From NCBI GenBank assembly GCA_028534125.1, contig CM052817.1:75828001-75892000 (forward strand): a stretch of 64,000 nt of DNA, in the 5' to 3' direction. The notes beneath the pieces are model-generated. The model did not search any database. It was given only the letters and a program-made list of their open reading frames with translations, and was not told the DNA's origin. A program made the position numbers and the translations under genes. The stretch comes from Lama glama. Lineage: Eukaryota. Shown in pieces: positions 36,976 through 50,405 of the stretch. Within the stretch, counting starts at the first letter, position 1, and each line of letters begins with the position of its first letter.

Positions 36976-39699
36976 GAGCACACAGCTTTCATTCTTATGT
37001 GAGATGTGAGAATCAAATGAGTTACTAAAACTAGAGCCATATGTAAACTATTAAAAGCTTTGAAAAACAGAGGCTCAATTCTTTTCCTAAATTATTTCTT
37101 TAAAAAACTATCCTATTTTTTAAAATATTGAGCTAATTATAAAAGGCAAATGGACCATATACCCATTATAAAATGAAATAAAATAATAGACAAACTGGTA
37201 GATTAAAAAGGAAGTATGGAAGTCTTCATTCCCTCTACCCTCCTCCCTTTCCCATTACCCAGAGAATCTACTGATCATCTGCAATCACACACTTATACAG
37301 ACTATTGTTTGGTTTATGAGAATCATTTTATTGAAAATATTAGCTACATAAAACTATCTAAGAAATAGTAATTGCACATTAATATGTGTTAGCAGAAAGT
37401 GGGTCAGGGATCTGAGGGTAATGTACTTGATAATGTATATTGGTTGCCCAGCAAAACAAGCAAGCTGCAATTTTAAAAAATTATATATTCTTCTATAACA
37501 GTTATGCATACTATTTGAAATGAGTTTATGAATTAAAAACTCTGAAAATAAGTTACAGATATCTACACTCTTTCAAATCCTAGCTTTTCCTTTGAGTTTT
37601 CACATAGCACTGGCTTTTTTTTATTTTTAGTGTTTTCTTTTTTTAAGATAGAAGAAAAAATGAACTATAAAGATTTATAGACTATGTCACAGGATTCTTA
37701 AAGATTGCTATTTCCTTTAGATTACTCTTTTATGAAAACATTTTTCTTCCATGCAACAATAAAGTTATTTCTCCTCAGTGTGAATACATTTTTTTTCTTT
37801 TTGGTACAGTATTCTGAATTATTTTTTTAACCTTGAATTTAAACCTAGGAATACTACTACAATACCTCAGACACACATACACACACACACAAACAGATAA
37901 TATTATCTAGCTTTACAAACCTGTCAACAATTTTGACCATCTTCTCTAAGAGATAGGCATAGTTAAAATAAAAATTTTGAAACTTATCAGATGTAATAAA
38001 TAGGTAATAGGTTCTGGAAAAGTTAACAGTAAAAATAGTGTTACTTCTTGAATTTTATTATCTTTTATTGATTGTACTGAATTTTTGAGAACTGACCTCT
38101 ATTGTGGCAAAACAATTATAAAATTACCCATTTTAACTTTTTGATAAATAGACCAGTCTATTTACATGAAATGTACATTGGAGATATGCTGTACAAATAT
38201 GTTTGTTAGGAATATATTTAATATATATTTTACATAATAAATATTTTATAATAAACATGCTATAAAATTGTATATAGAATGTACATTTCAAAGGACCTAT
38301 ACATATATTACCATTATTATGTTCAATTACACATGCATGCTTTCTATAATTATAGTTTTCATCAGGAAACAAAAATATTTGTCATGATAGTGAAAATAAA
38401 TAAATATTTATGCTTTTGATTTTTTAGATTATAAGCCTGAATCTTTTCTGCTAAAATGATTCTTTTTTTTTTCCTCTAAAGAATAAATCTTTGGTGGTTT
38501 CACATATAATTCTGGGCATATAACATACCAAGGCCATTTGCAAATGAGAGGCATTTAGTTCAGTAGTATATAAACTTGGATGTGATAACTTTGGCTGCTT
38601 CTTTAGATATCATGTGCTTGATGAGTAACAGAACTAGTCAGGGGAAGTTGTATTTCTACTCAGCATTAAGTACCTTGTCTTATCCTGTTTGGTAAACTGT
38701 CTAACATCTTGCAACCACTAGGCAAGCTTTAATTTACTTGAATGGCAGAGTCAGAATAAATTAAATTTTGGAAGCTGGATTTCATTGCCATTACCTGAAA
38801 GTGTAATTTAATACTCTTAATCGGTAACAGACTATATTAGAAAACTATTAGATTCAATACAGCTTTGTAATACCCTAACACATATCCATAGCATTATTGT
38901 AAATGGAAATTTCTTGGTGAAATGAACCTATATATTAATACTTGGAAAATCAATTTTTAAAAATAGAACAACTGTTAGTTTTTTGCAGAAAAGCCAGACA
39001 ATTAAAAGTTGTTTATGTTTAAGCAATTTATATTTAAATATAATTGACAAAAAGTTTTTAGCATTTACCACAAATGCAGTTTTAAAAAAATGTATTTTTT
39101 GATTCCTTTTTTTCTTTTCTACTCTTTAGTCTATATTAATATTATATAATTGCAAGAATTATACTTCACTCACAATCAGTTTATTATATTGTCCTCTTGT
39201 TGCTCCTCATCACTTTCTCTCCATATTGATTCTTCATCCTTTTAGGGATATGATTCTGAGAGAAAGGATTGCAGCATTTCCTGGCTGCTGATTAGATTTT
39301 TTGCCATAGTGCGACAGAGATATTATGTAATGGCTTTATAGTGAATATTATCTCAGTGAAAGGAACATATGGAAGAATAAACGTAAGTTATTTAGAAATC
39401 AGACTTTGTATCACATAGAAAAGTGAAATTGATTTGAGAATCAAAACTCAACTTCTCTAATATGTGGGTATATAACATACCCACATTTTTAAGGCCATTA
39501 AAAAATCCATCTCTCCATTACTATACATGTCCAACATAAACACATGGAGATTGATCTAATGAATATTTATTACTGAATATAAAATTTAAAGTAGTTTGTG
39601 ATGTAAGCATTGTGATGTAAGCACATGTTTTTATTTCTCTTGGGTAAATACTGGAAGTATGTAAAATAGAAAAAGAAGTTTGTAACTAACCCTTAAAAA

Positions 39700-40375
39700 A
39701 GGGGGATTGGCAAACTTTGACCCATGAGCCAACTCTCATCTGTCACTTTGTAAATGAAGTTTTACTGGAGCAGAGCCATGCCATGATAGACTGAATAATA
39801 GTGTCCCCCTCCAAATTAATTTTTAAACAACAAAATTGTCCATATCCTAACCTCTGGATACTCTGAATAATTCTCCTTGCATAATGAAAGGGACTTTGAA
39901 ATTAAGATTAAGTTTCTTTAAGTGGGGAAATTATCCTAAATCTAATGTAATCACAAGAATCTTTCTAAGCTTGAGGCAAGGAGGATCAGAGATAACTGTA
40001 GGAAATGCGATGATAGAAACAAGAGGCCAAGGTGATGTAAGGAAAGGGTCTTGAGCCCAGAAATGCAGGCAGACTCTAGAAACATGAAATGGAAGGAAAC
40101 AGATTCTCCCTTGAAACCTTTTATAGGAGTATAACTCTGCTGACACTTTGACTTTAGACTTCAAACATCCAGAAATCTAAGAATGTAAAATTGTGTTTTC
40201 TTAAGCCACTAAGTTTGTGGTAGCTTATGACAGCAGCAAAAAGAAGCAAATATACACATTCATTTACATATTGTCTGTGACTGCTTTTGCATCAGAGAGA
40301 CAGAAACCATAGTTCTGGAAAATATAAAATATGTACCTTCTGCCCCTTTGTAGAAAAAATCTTCAGATTCCTACC
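39700..40375. mobile_element. MER58A-like hAT-Charlie element split by an MLT1 insertion
   Basis: Left arm 'ggggattggcaaact...tttgtaaatgaagttttactggagcagagccatgcca'; right arm 'ttcatttacatattgtctgtgactgcttt...cccctttgtagaaaaa'. Confidence 0.75.
39784..40256 (+). mobile_element. MLT1C/D-like MaLR solo LTR
   Basis: TG...CA; 'tgaaagggactttg', 'aatgtaatcacaag', 'ttaagccactaagtttgtggtag', ends 'aatataca'. Confidence 0.85.
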
Positions 40376-40814
40376 TTAAAATGCAGACTCTCTCACCACT
40401 CTGATTTTATAACACTTTTTCAAATATCTGTTTTGATGCCTTATGTACTTTGTTTACATAGCTATCTGTATGTATGTGTGTGTGTTTAATTCTGTGATGA
40501 ATTTTTTGAATTCAGCAAAACTTGCTTTTTTTCTTCTTCACCCTGATAACATAGTTTCTTGCATGTATTTTCTATCCTAGAATTACAGGATGAGAAAATT
40601 TAGAAAAAATATTTGGAACAAAATCCTTCAATGTATGGTTTCTGTATAGCTATGCTTGATTCCTTATCAGTTTTTTGTGAGTTCATTTTCTAGATATTAA
40701 TTAGACCCTACAATGATATATACTTGAATTTCCTTGTGTTGACATAACACCAGTGCTGATGTGATGTAATCTCACCTTGAATTTTTTATTTAAAATTCCA
40801 GTTCTCTTTGTAAT

Positions 40815-41580
40815 TATTAAAAGGCAGAGAAAGCCAACCAGAGAAAGTGATAATTGAGAAAAGAACCAAGGAAGTGAGAGAGTGAGTGAACACGAAGATG
40901 TCTAGGGGATGCAATCCCAGGCTGAGAAAATTAAAATAAAATCTTTCAATCAAGGATCTCCTTGAAGTATGACATTAAAGCAAAACAATCAGAGTGGCTG
41001 AGGTGTGCTAAATTCAGATGTGGCCACTGGAATAGTCTGTTGGTTATCACTCTCTAAGTTTAAAGAACTTTCAGTGCCAAATTGGTGATTAATAATTTGG
41101 TATAGTTTATGATTATAAATGGGCTCTTTTTCATCAGTAGTTATTATGAAAGCAACACAATAGTGTCTGTCTAAGGAACAATCAATATTATTATCAGTAC
41201 CTAATAATATTCAGTGAAACAATAACTATTTTTGAGACTCTCCAGAGGTACAGCTGAAAATTTATTGAGGATCATTATTATATAATTGAAATCAAAGAAT
41301 AAAACAGAAGAGTGCCAAGGATGGAATCTAGAAAAATCTCTATCCTTCAGAGAGCTAAGGAGATAGAAAAAAAAACAACAAAAAGGGATGAGAAGGAGCT
41401 GTGAGAGATACAGAGGTGAATCAGATGAGAGTGACACTTTGAATCATTTGAGGATTGTCAGCACCGTAATGCAGTGGAGAAACTGTAAGTAGTAAATTCT
41501 GAAGAAAAGTGTAGATCTGAAAATCTGACTGCAAGATTTCAAGACAAAGTTTTGGAAAATAAGTCAAAACCAATTTTGTT
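40815..41580. mobile_element. Degraded L2 fragments
   Basis: Purine-rich L2-like motifs ('tcagagtggctgagg', 'gtgccaaggatgg', 'atcatttgaggattg'). Confidence 0.4.
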
Positions 41581-41597
41581 TTCAAAGTATGGACATT

Positions 41598-41646
41598 TGA
41601 CACAACATTGTAAAATGATTATAAATCAATAAAAAATGTTAAAAAA
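41598..41646 (+). mobile_element. Ultra-short 5'-truncated young L1 insertion
   Basis: 'tgacacaacattgtaaaatgattataaatcaataaaaaatgtt' + A tail; perfect 14-bp TSD AAAGTATGGACATT at 41584-41597 and 41647-41660. Confidence 0.9.
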
Positions 41647-42829
41647 AAAGTATGGACATTGTTAGGATCAATAGACTTTTATAGAATTATTCTATTAGAG
41701 TCTCCCTTACTAACTCACTTTTCATAATATAAACCGTGAGCTAAGCAGTTTCCCACTTATTCATTTATACAATTGATTTTAAGGGCACTTAGAATAAAGA
41801 CTACATATGCCTATAGAGAGAGACCAATTATAGTCATGTCCTCCTGAATATGTTAGTCTTCTCTTCCTATGGAAGATAAGCATGAAGCAGGTCATTCTGA
41901 TTTTCTTTGTGACTTCTAGATGTGTTTCTATGATAGAACATTAAGAAGACTAAGTTACTTCATGGGTAAAACAGCACCCAGGATGATTAGAAATTTAAAA
42001 AGACTTGTAATTTTTAAGCTGAGAGTCTAAAACCAAATTCAGATAATGAGAAAAAGATAAAAACTTCTCAAGAAGAGAAACCCATCAATCAAAAGTACTC
42101 TAAGCTCAAAACACCTTATAAAATTAATAATATTCAGAATATTCATGCAAGGTGTTAATTGGGTCAGTTCACTCGAGCTAGGTTTAAAAAAAAGCCCCTT
42201 AGCTTCTAGCTAGGTGATAATTACATTCATTCTTGTAAAATGAAATGACTATATGTGGGTAGAAAATTCTTTGCACCTAGCTAGACAAAGGCTGAGTGGA
42301 AATCAGTGAAGTATAATGAGAGAGAATAGAATTAGGACAATGAAATTTATAACTACATATAATTAGCATTATAACAACCTCTTATTTGTGCATAATTAGT
42401 AGTTTTGTGGTAGATTGATTATTAAATTTTAATCATAGAGTTACTTTGGCTTTACTCTCCCCAATGAAGAATTTTGATTGTTGTGTTAATTTTCTTTTCT
42501 TAAAAAAGTGTTCATTTGGTTTTTTCTGACCATATAATTTAAATCTTTTTATGAAATAAAATACCTTTCTAAAATTTTACATTATTTTCTAAATACGGGA
42601 TTTTCAGTTATTTGTACTTTCTTTTCTAGCAGATGGCTTTTATAATTCAATCTTGGATATTTTATTTTGCTAGTTCTAGTTATTAATTTTTTCTTCACTA
42701 CCTTATTATTAGACATATCTTAATAGCCATTCTTTCCTTCATTTTGCACCACACTTTCTATTTTGCCATTGGACACAAGCAGCTGTAAAAATGTGGGACA
42801 CATTGTTTTCAGCAGCAACAACTTGGACA

Positions 42830-43115
42830 TTTGTCACCTACAGATATTCCAGTGAATCAGTGAATGGGGCTTTTCCAGGCTGTTGTGAGACAGGTCAGAT
42901 AGTGTCAGTGCTCTAGAAATGGGCTTTTGAAGGAACTCCATTCCTGGTCTTCCTGTGCTTGCAAGTCTTCTGTTCTTAACAGCTACTGTGATCTTGAGGC
43001 CCCGGGCTTTCAAGGCTGTGGTAGACCTGAAAAGGAGAGTATGGAAGTATGCTGCAAACCCAGATGTGCTTTCCAAATTTCAGCAGAGATTCTTGAATAA
43101 ACACTCCTCAGATGA
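42830..43115 (-). mobile_element. Old L1 (L1MD-like) 5' UTR fragment
   Basis: 'gtgctctagaaatgggctttt', 'ttcttgaataaacactcctcagat' resemble L1M 5' ends. Confidence 0.5.
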
Positions 43116-43812
43116 TGAAGATGCAATAGAAATAGCAAGAGAACTGGAATTAGAAGTGGAGACTCCAAATGTGACTGCTGCAATATCATGATAAAACTTT
43201 AATGGATAAGTAGTTACTTATGTTTGAGCAAAGCAAGTGGTTTCTTGAGATGGAATCAACTCCTGGTGAAGATTCAGTGAAGATTGTTGAAATAGCAAAA
43301 GATTTCGAATATTACATAAACTTAGTTGATAAAGCAGTAGCAGGATTTGAGAGGATTGACTCCAATTTTGAAAGAAATTCTCCTGTGAGTAAAAATGCTA
43401 TGAAACAGCACTGCATGGTACAGAGAAATCGTTCATGAAAGGAGGAGGCAGTCGATGTGGCAGATTACACTGTTTTCTTATTTTAAGAAATTGACACCCC
43501 CCCCAACCGTCAGTCACCATCACCCTGGTCAGCCAGGAGCCATCAACATCGAGGCAAGACCTTGTACCAGCAAACATATAACTCGCTGAAGGCTCAGAAA
43601 ATGGTTAGCACTTTCTTAGCAATAAATTATTTTTTAATTACGGTGTGCATTTTTTACGCATGATGCTATTGTGCACCTAATAGATATTATAATGTAACTG
43701 TAACTTTTATGTACTGGGAAACCAAAAAAGTTTGTGGGACCCACTTGATTTTGATATTAGTTTTATTGTGGTGGTCAGGAGCTAAACTGGCAATATCTCT
43801 GAAATACGTCTA
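43116..43812 (+). mobile_element. Tigger1 3' fragment (transposase C-terminus and right TIR)
   Basis: ORF 43220-43438 '[19 protein letters not shown]...[22 protein letters not shown]' is the Tigger1/TIGD1-type transposase C-terminus; ends 'gcaatatctctgaaatacgtcta'. Confidence 0.92.
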
Positions 43813-44479
43813 TATGCCCAGTAATTTTCCACTACTTTATCTCTCCTGAGAGTAAAAAGAGGATATAGAAAATGTCAAAAACCTCATTATAAATTTTATT
43901 TGCTTCATGATTTTCTTTTAAATAATGTTGATCTTATCCTCAACTTTAAAAGGCATGGTATTTTAACTGTTTTCTATATAGAATATACTCCTAATATACT
44001 CTTGAGAATTATACCTCAACCATTTGATTTCTTACCCCACATTAATAAGGCTCTGTTAGAGTGGTGAGGAAAGGTTTTTATTTCATCCTTCATCCAAGCA
44101 CTTTGAGTATCAGCCCAAGATATTAGATGTTACTCTGAATCTTCCAAGAGAAAGATATTTTTACCAGGGAATTGGTAATCAAAAGTGGTCAAAGGACTGG
44201 AAGAGTAGAAGACTGAAGAGCACATTAACCAGGAATCCAGCACTCAGATAGCAGATATCACTCTGAAGGAGACTTTTGACCAGCACTATAGGAGTCATTG
44301 CCTCAGGCATATGTCTTCTACCTCATCTTATTTCCTCTAATCTCATATGATTATCTCCCCTTTTCAGACCTTAAGGGACCACACACTGGCAAAGGAGGCT
44401 AATAAATATATTTGATGGGAAAGGGAGAGGCAGAATCCTTAGCATATGAAAGGATAACACAAGGTCCTATAATTTTTAT

Positions 44480-44510
44480 GCTATATATATAATATGTGTT
44501 TGTGTGTGTG

Positions 44511-44545
<35 letters not shown>

Positions 44546-44642
44546 ATACACATATATATGTGTGTATATATGTGTATATATGTATTTGTATGTGGGTATA
44601 TACGTGTGTATATATCTGTATGTGTATATATGTATATATATA
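44480..44642. repeat. Compound (TA)n/(TG)n microsatellite
   Basis: Directly visible alternating TA/TG runs. Confidence 0.95.
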
Positions 44643-44999
44643 GTCAAACAACCAAAACAAGAACAAAAAACTACATAGATTTTACTAATATGTGAAAAAA
44701 TTATGTAAGATACCCTCCAAAAAATAAACAAGTTTTTTTAATCCAACAATTTCAGTTGTCTGAAAAAACTGAGCTGTTATGTGATAAAATTTCTTATCAC
44801 TGGAAATGTTCAAGTAGGATATGGTAACAGATCCAAACCTAGAAATATCCCTTCCCCTGGCATTAAGACCTATGATTCCAAAAGTCACATTCTGCCAAAT
44901 GTCCTCAAGATTCATATAATTTCTCTCTGCACAACCACATTGAATATTCTTCTAGTCTTGCCTTCAGTAAACCACAGCTAATACTACTGGACCAGGTTT

Positions 45000-46550
45000 C
45001 TTCAGGTCTCACATAAACAAGTATATAATGTTCAAAGTAAAACCATGCTTCCCCATTCCACACTTCAAAGCTTGCTGGTTTTGCTATTGTGTTTTCTAAC
45101 CGAAAAATTGGTACCATAACATGCTCAAGTTATTCAAACGTGAACTTTAGAAGTTAAGATTATGTACTCCCTTTCTCATACCCCTATATCCACTCCATCA
45201 AGTCTCACTGATTGTACTAGCAAACTGTATATTGAATTCTTCCTTTCTCTTTATTTCTATGGCCTAAAGCCTCATAATTTCTCACATGGAATATGAAATA
45301 GTGTTCCAAATAACTTAATTGCTATTTTCATTTATTCTCCTGAGTAGTTTATTCTCCTGAGTAGTAGAAACATTGACATTATTATCATCTCTAATATTTG
45401 TAAACATATTTCATTGTATATCAGTAAGCTGTTGATGTGTGATAAATCACTACCTAATTTAGTAGCTTAAAAGAACAAGAAGTTATTATTTCCCATGTTT
45501 GCCAACCCATGCTCAGCTCAGAAGTGTCATTTATGAATTTATGGTCAGCATTGGTCTGGCTAAATTGTTTTGTGGATCTTGATTGAGTCTGTCACCCAAG
45601 ATGCTCAGAGCCTTAGCTGGAACAACTGAGCTGTCTTGGCTATGATCTATATGTCCTATTACGCAGACAGCTAACTCAGTCATTTTACAACAACAAAAGT
45701 AGAGTAGCAGGAGGGTATTGGAATACACAGGGCTCTTGAGACCTGGGCTTGTAGCTTGCCCAAGGCCATTCTAGATTCAAACCAGGGGCAGTGACTCTGC
45801 TTTTGAATAAGAGGAGTGGCAAAGTCATATCAAAAAAAGGCACAGATATTGGGAGAGTAAATAATTAGGGACTTTTTTTTTCTTTTTGCAATTTGCCAGG
45901 CATAGATTCTCAAAATACTCAAGATCAAATCCAAATACTTTAATATGACCTTCCAGGCTCTCTATTATCTGGTTTCTGCCTATCTCTTCAAATTTATCTT
46001 ATGTAACTCCCCCAACACATGTTATGATCCATCTAATCTATTCTTTCATTGTCTCAGCTGGTCAGCATCTTCCCAACTCGGGAACTTGTTGGATGGTTAT
46101 ACATACCATGCCTGCTCCTTGAAATGTTGTTTCTCTTTTTCACATGCCTAGAAATATATTTGCTTTAGGATTCATCACGATTATTTTATTTCCCTAAAAG
46201 TATTTTTTTCTGTCCACTTATGAAAACAAACATCAAACACATGTACACACACACAACACAATTATTTTTGTTTCAAGACATTTTGGTCATTTATAGATTT
46301 ATTATAATATATAATTTAAAAATTGAACTCATTTAGTATCTTTTTCCTCTACTAAACTAAAAATCACAATGAAGACATTGACCATTTCTTCTTTTCCTCT
46401 TTTTCTTCTCCCTTCTCATTTTTTCTTAATTTTCTCCTGTGTCTTGCTTGCCTCTTCTTCATATTCCATCTTTTTCTAATTGTATTCTCAGATCCAAGGA
46501 AAAGTGTCTTTTACATTAATAATGCTGGATAAGCACTGGTTAAGTGAACT
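45000..46550. mobile_element. L2 remnant interrupted by an MLT1
   Basis: 'tccctttctcatacccctatatccactccatcaagtc' on the left; 'atcaaatccaaatactttaatatgaccttccaggctct' on the right. Confidence 0.6.
45416..45900 (-). mobile_element. MLT1 (F-H-like) MaLR LTR
   Basis: 'aatttagtagcttaaaagaacaag', 'ccaaggcca..ctagattcaa', 'ggagtggcaaagtcat'. Confidence 0.7.
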
Positions 46551-46779
46551 TAAGTGATAGAGTCATCAGTGGTAAATGAGACATCCACGTCCAACACAAA
46601 CTTAAATTCAGATATTATAATTTTACAGAAATTGCTTGGAAGACTTCTGCCAGTTTTTATATCTTTTCAATTATGATCAAAGATAATTGTTTCAATGTAT
46701 CTATTAATAATTTGTTTTTCTTCTTATAAGGTGTTCCTTCGTACATTTAAGAAGATATTAATGTTGAAGTTTCAACCAG

Positions 46780-47700
46780 TGATCTTTTGAAGGTAAGGTT
46801 TCTTTTGTTCTGGCAGCTTTACCATTTTCCTCTTCACATTGGTTTTTGCCACACATATTTCAGTATACATCAGTGTAATTTTCTTTGTGTATATTCTGTT
46901 TGGTATCTGCAGAACTTCTTGAAAATGTTTATTGACATTTTTCTTCAGTTTTGAAAAACAGTCTTTATATAAATATCTTCACTCTTTTCTTGTTCTGGGA
47001 CTATAATTGCAATTTATTCACCATTGTTCCTGAATCTGCCTTGTAGTTCTTGTTGTTTGGGGTATTTCATCAGTTTTATCCCTTTCTGTTCTTCACTTTT
47101 ATATTTTTATTGACCTGATATTACAGTTCACTAATCCTGTGTTTTTCAGTATGCAGTCTGCTCCTAAAGTCATCAAATAAGTCCTTAAATTCAAACATTT
47201 GATTTTTTTATTTCTAGAAGGAACATTTGTTTCATGTTTAGAGATTTTTACTTTCTAGTGAAATTCTTCACATTTTAGTATATTTTCTTCATATTTTTCT
47301 ATATTTACTTGAATAGTATAATGATAGTCTTTCAGTGTCCTCAACAGCCAAATTGATATCTGGATCACCTATGAATTGGTTTTTATTTTCTGTGCTTTTT
47401 CTTGATTTTGTTCATATTCTTAACATGTGTAGTAAATTTTTTGAATGCCAAAGGTTATGTATGAAAAATGTTCTCAAGTTCAGGATAATCTCCTTCCCTA
47501 GCAGAGTTAACCTTTCTCTTCCTTGGTCAAATACAGTATGGCTGGTCACTTATCCCAACAAGAGACTGGTGGTTTGAGATTAATTTGTATTTTCCTGCAG
47601 AGCTCAGTCTACCTAAGACATGACACCTGACTTCTAGACTGTTTAACCAAAGGTGTAATTTCTTCTGGAAGAGACTACTCCCAGAAGACTCTTAACTATA
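46780..47700 (-). mobile_element. Old L1 ORF1/5' region
   Basis: T-rich antisense L1 motifs 'tttgaaggtaa...ctggcagcttt', 'ttcttcagttttgaaaa', 'ttctgggactataatt', 'cagttcactaat'. Confidence 0.65.
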
Positions 47701-47713
47701 CTTCTAGTGAGAA

Positions 47714-48213
47714 NNNNNNNNNNNNNNNNNNNNNNNNNNNNNNNNNNNNNNNNNNNNNNNNNNNNNNNNNNNNNNNNNNNNNNNNNNNNNNNNNNNNNNN
47801 NNNNNNNNNNNNNNNNNNNNNNNNNNNNNNNNNNNNNNNNNNNNNNNNNNNNNNNNNNNNNNNNNNNNNNNNNNNNNNNNNNNNNNNNNNNNNNNNNNNN
47901 NNNNNNNNNNNNNNNNNNNNNNNNNNNNNNNNNNNNNNNNNNNNNNNNNNNNNNNNNNNNNNNNNNNNNNNNNNNNNNNNNNNNNNNNNNNNNNNNNNNN
48001 NNNNNNNNNNNNNNNNNNNNNNNNNNNNNNNNNNNNNNNNNNNNNNNNNNNNNNNNNNNNNNNNNNNNNNNNNNNNNNNNNNNNNNNNNNNNNNNNNNNN
48101 NNNNNNNNNNNNNNNNNNNNNNNNNNNNNNNNNNNNNNNNNNNNNNNNNNNNNNNNNNNNNNNNNNNNNNNNNNNNNNNNNNNNNNNNNNNNNNNNNNNN
48201 NNNNNNNNNNNNN
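47714..48213. other. Assembly gap (500 N)
   Basis: Run of N. Confidence 1.
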
Positions 48214-48459
48214 GTAGACTGATGCAGATGGCCATTGTGCCTCGGTTTCCTGTTAATAAATTCTGATGAGTTATCTATCTTTAAAAGTGTTCAGTTCTCT
48301 TTAGAAATATGCAATTCTTTACACATTTTTGATTTCTCCTCAATGCTGGCCGCAGATTCCAAAACAACAAGGCAAGTTGTCACGTTTATGAACATGAAAG
48401 CAGTCTTTTATCAAGATTGAACTTGCTTCCAGTTATTTTTGTTTTGAATATTTATTATC

Positions 48460-50405
48460 TTTTTTAAATAATGGCTTTATTGATATCTAATTTGCATAAC
48501 ATATAATTTACTAATTTAAAAGGCAGAATTCAGTGAGTTTCAGTGTACTCACAGATGTCTGTAACCATAATTGCAATTCACTTTAGAACATTTCATCACC
48601 CAAAAAGAAATTCTATACATATTACTAATCATTTCCTATGCCCCCTCCCCAATCCTAGACAGCCACTAATCGACCTTCTATCTCTATATATTTGCGTATT
48701 TTAGACATTTCATGCAATATGTAATCTTAGGTGACTGTCTTCTTTCTCTTACAATGTTTTAAGTTTCATCCTTTGCTGTAGCATGTATCAGTACTTCATT
48801 CCTTTTTGTTGCCTAGTAATATTTCATTGCATGTACATGAATTCCATGTATTTTTACTTATCCTTTCATTAGTTGATGGACATTTGGGCTGTTTCTACAT
48901 TTTCTATTATGAATACACTGTAATGTACTTTAGTGCACAAGTTTTGTGTAGATACACGTTTTCATTTATCTTGGTTATATGTCTAGAAGAATTTCTGGAA
49001 TATATGGTAACTTTAACCTTTGAGGAACTGGATACTGCTGTCAAGAGCAGTATTCCTTCCAGTAGTGTATGAGAGTTCTAAATTTTTCAGGTTTTCAGCA
49101 CACTTGTTTCTGTTTGCTTGATTATGCCATTTTGGTGGTAAGAAGTGCTATCTCATGGTTTCAGTTTGCATTTCCCTGGTTGTTAGTAGTGTTGACCATC
49201 TGTTCATGTACCTTTTGTTCAACTGCAGAAATTTTCAAGAGATCTTTTGCCCATTTGAAAAATTGTATTGTTTGTCCTCTTATTTCATTGTCACAAGTCT
49301 TAAATATATATGTATAACATATAAATATATATATATAAATCTATGTATATATTATAAATATTCTAGATACACATCCCTTGTCAGATATATGATTTACAAA
49401 TACTTCTTCCCATTCTGTAGGTTGTTCTCCCACTTTCTCGATGGTATTAATTTTGATGAAGTTCTGTGTATGTATATGTTTGTTTATTTCCTTTATCAGT
49501 GTGTTTTTGGTGTCATATCTAAGCATCTTTTCCTGAACCCATGGTCGCAAAGATATACTCCTACACCTTCATTATCCATTTTATAGTTTTACCTCTTACA
49601 TTTATATCTATGACCCATTTTGAGTTAAATTTTTATTGTCCAGTTGTCCTGGCACCTTTGTTAAAGAGACTATTCTTTCTTCCTTTGAATTGTCTTGGCA
49701 CACCTATCAAAAATTAATTGACCATGAATGTAAAGGTTTATTTCTGGACTCGCATTTCTATTCCAGTGAGCAATATTTCTGTCATTATGCTAGCCTCACT
49801 TGTCTTGGCTATTATGGTTCTGTCATAAATTTTTAAATCTGAAGTGTGAGTCTTCCAACTTTGTTCTTTTCCAAGCTATTTTGTTTATTCTGGGTCCCTT
49901 TAAATTCCACTTATTTTGTTTTTCTTCTTAATGCTATTGTAAATTTTTTTAAATTTCATTTTTGGATTATACATTGCTAGTATAGAGAATACAACTCATT
50001 TTTTTTATTGATCTTGCATCTGTGACCTTGATAAACTTGTTTATTAGTTTGAAAATATTTATTTGGATTCTGTAGGATTTTCTATATATCAGGTCATGTC
50101 ATCTGTAAATATAGTTTTACTTTTTCTTTTTTGACTAAGATGCCTTTTATTTCTTTTTCTTGTCTATTTGTCCTGGCTAAAACCTCCAGTACAATGTTGA
50201 GTAGACGTGTTGAGAGAAGAGTCCATTGTCTTGTTCCTAACTTAGGGGAAAAACATTGAGTCCTTCATCATCAAGTAAGATGTTAGTTGTAGGGTTTTCA
50301 TAGCTATTATTTATCAGGTTGAAAAGTTCCCTTCAAATCTGTTTGTTGTTTTTATCATGGAGTATTGTATTTTGTCAAATACTTCTTCTACATCTATTGA
50401 AATGA
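48460..50405 (-). mobile_element. L1 (L1MB-like) ORF2 and 3' UTR fragment
   Basis: Antisense L1: 'agttgatggacatttgggctgtttc', 'cttttgcccattt', 'tccagtacaatgttga'; ORF 49341-49550 'QPTEWEEVFVNHISDKG' is ORF2-like. Confidence 0.92.

Noticed and set aside
43220..43438. TIGD1-like domesticated transposase gene
   Set aside because: Only a C-terminal fragment with upstream stops and frameshifts, followed by the transposon terminus.
44399..44731. Overlapping ORFs rich in Y/I/H/T/V/C
   Set aside because: Translations of the TA/TG microsatellite.
45331..45364. 17-bp tandem duplication TTTATTCTCCTGAGTAG x2
   Set aside because: Ordinary slippage duplication within an old repeat; similar small ones at ~39598-39623 and ~18936-18961.
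46731..46792. Coding exon (ttcttataag|...|gtaagg)
   Set aside because: Stops in all three frames; the donor derives from antisense L1.
47696..48235. Long ORFs of 171-179 aa
   Set aside because: Artefacts of the N gap.
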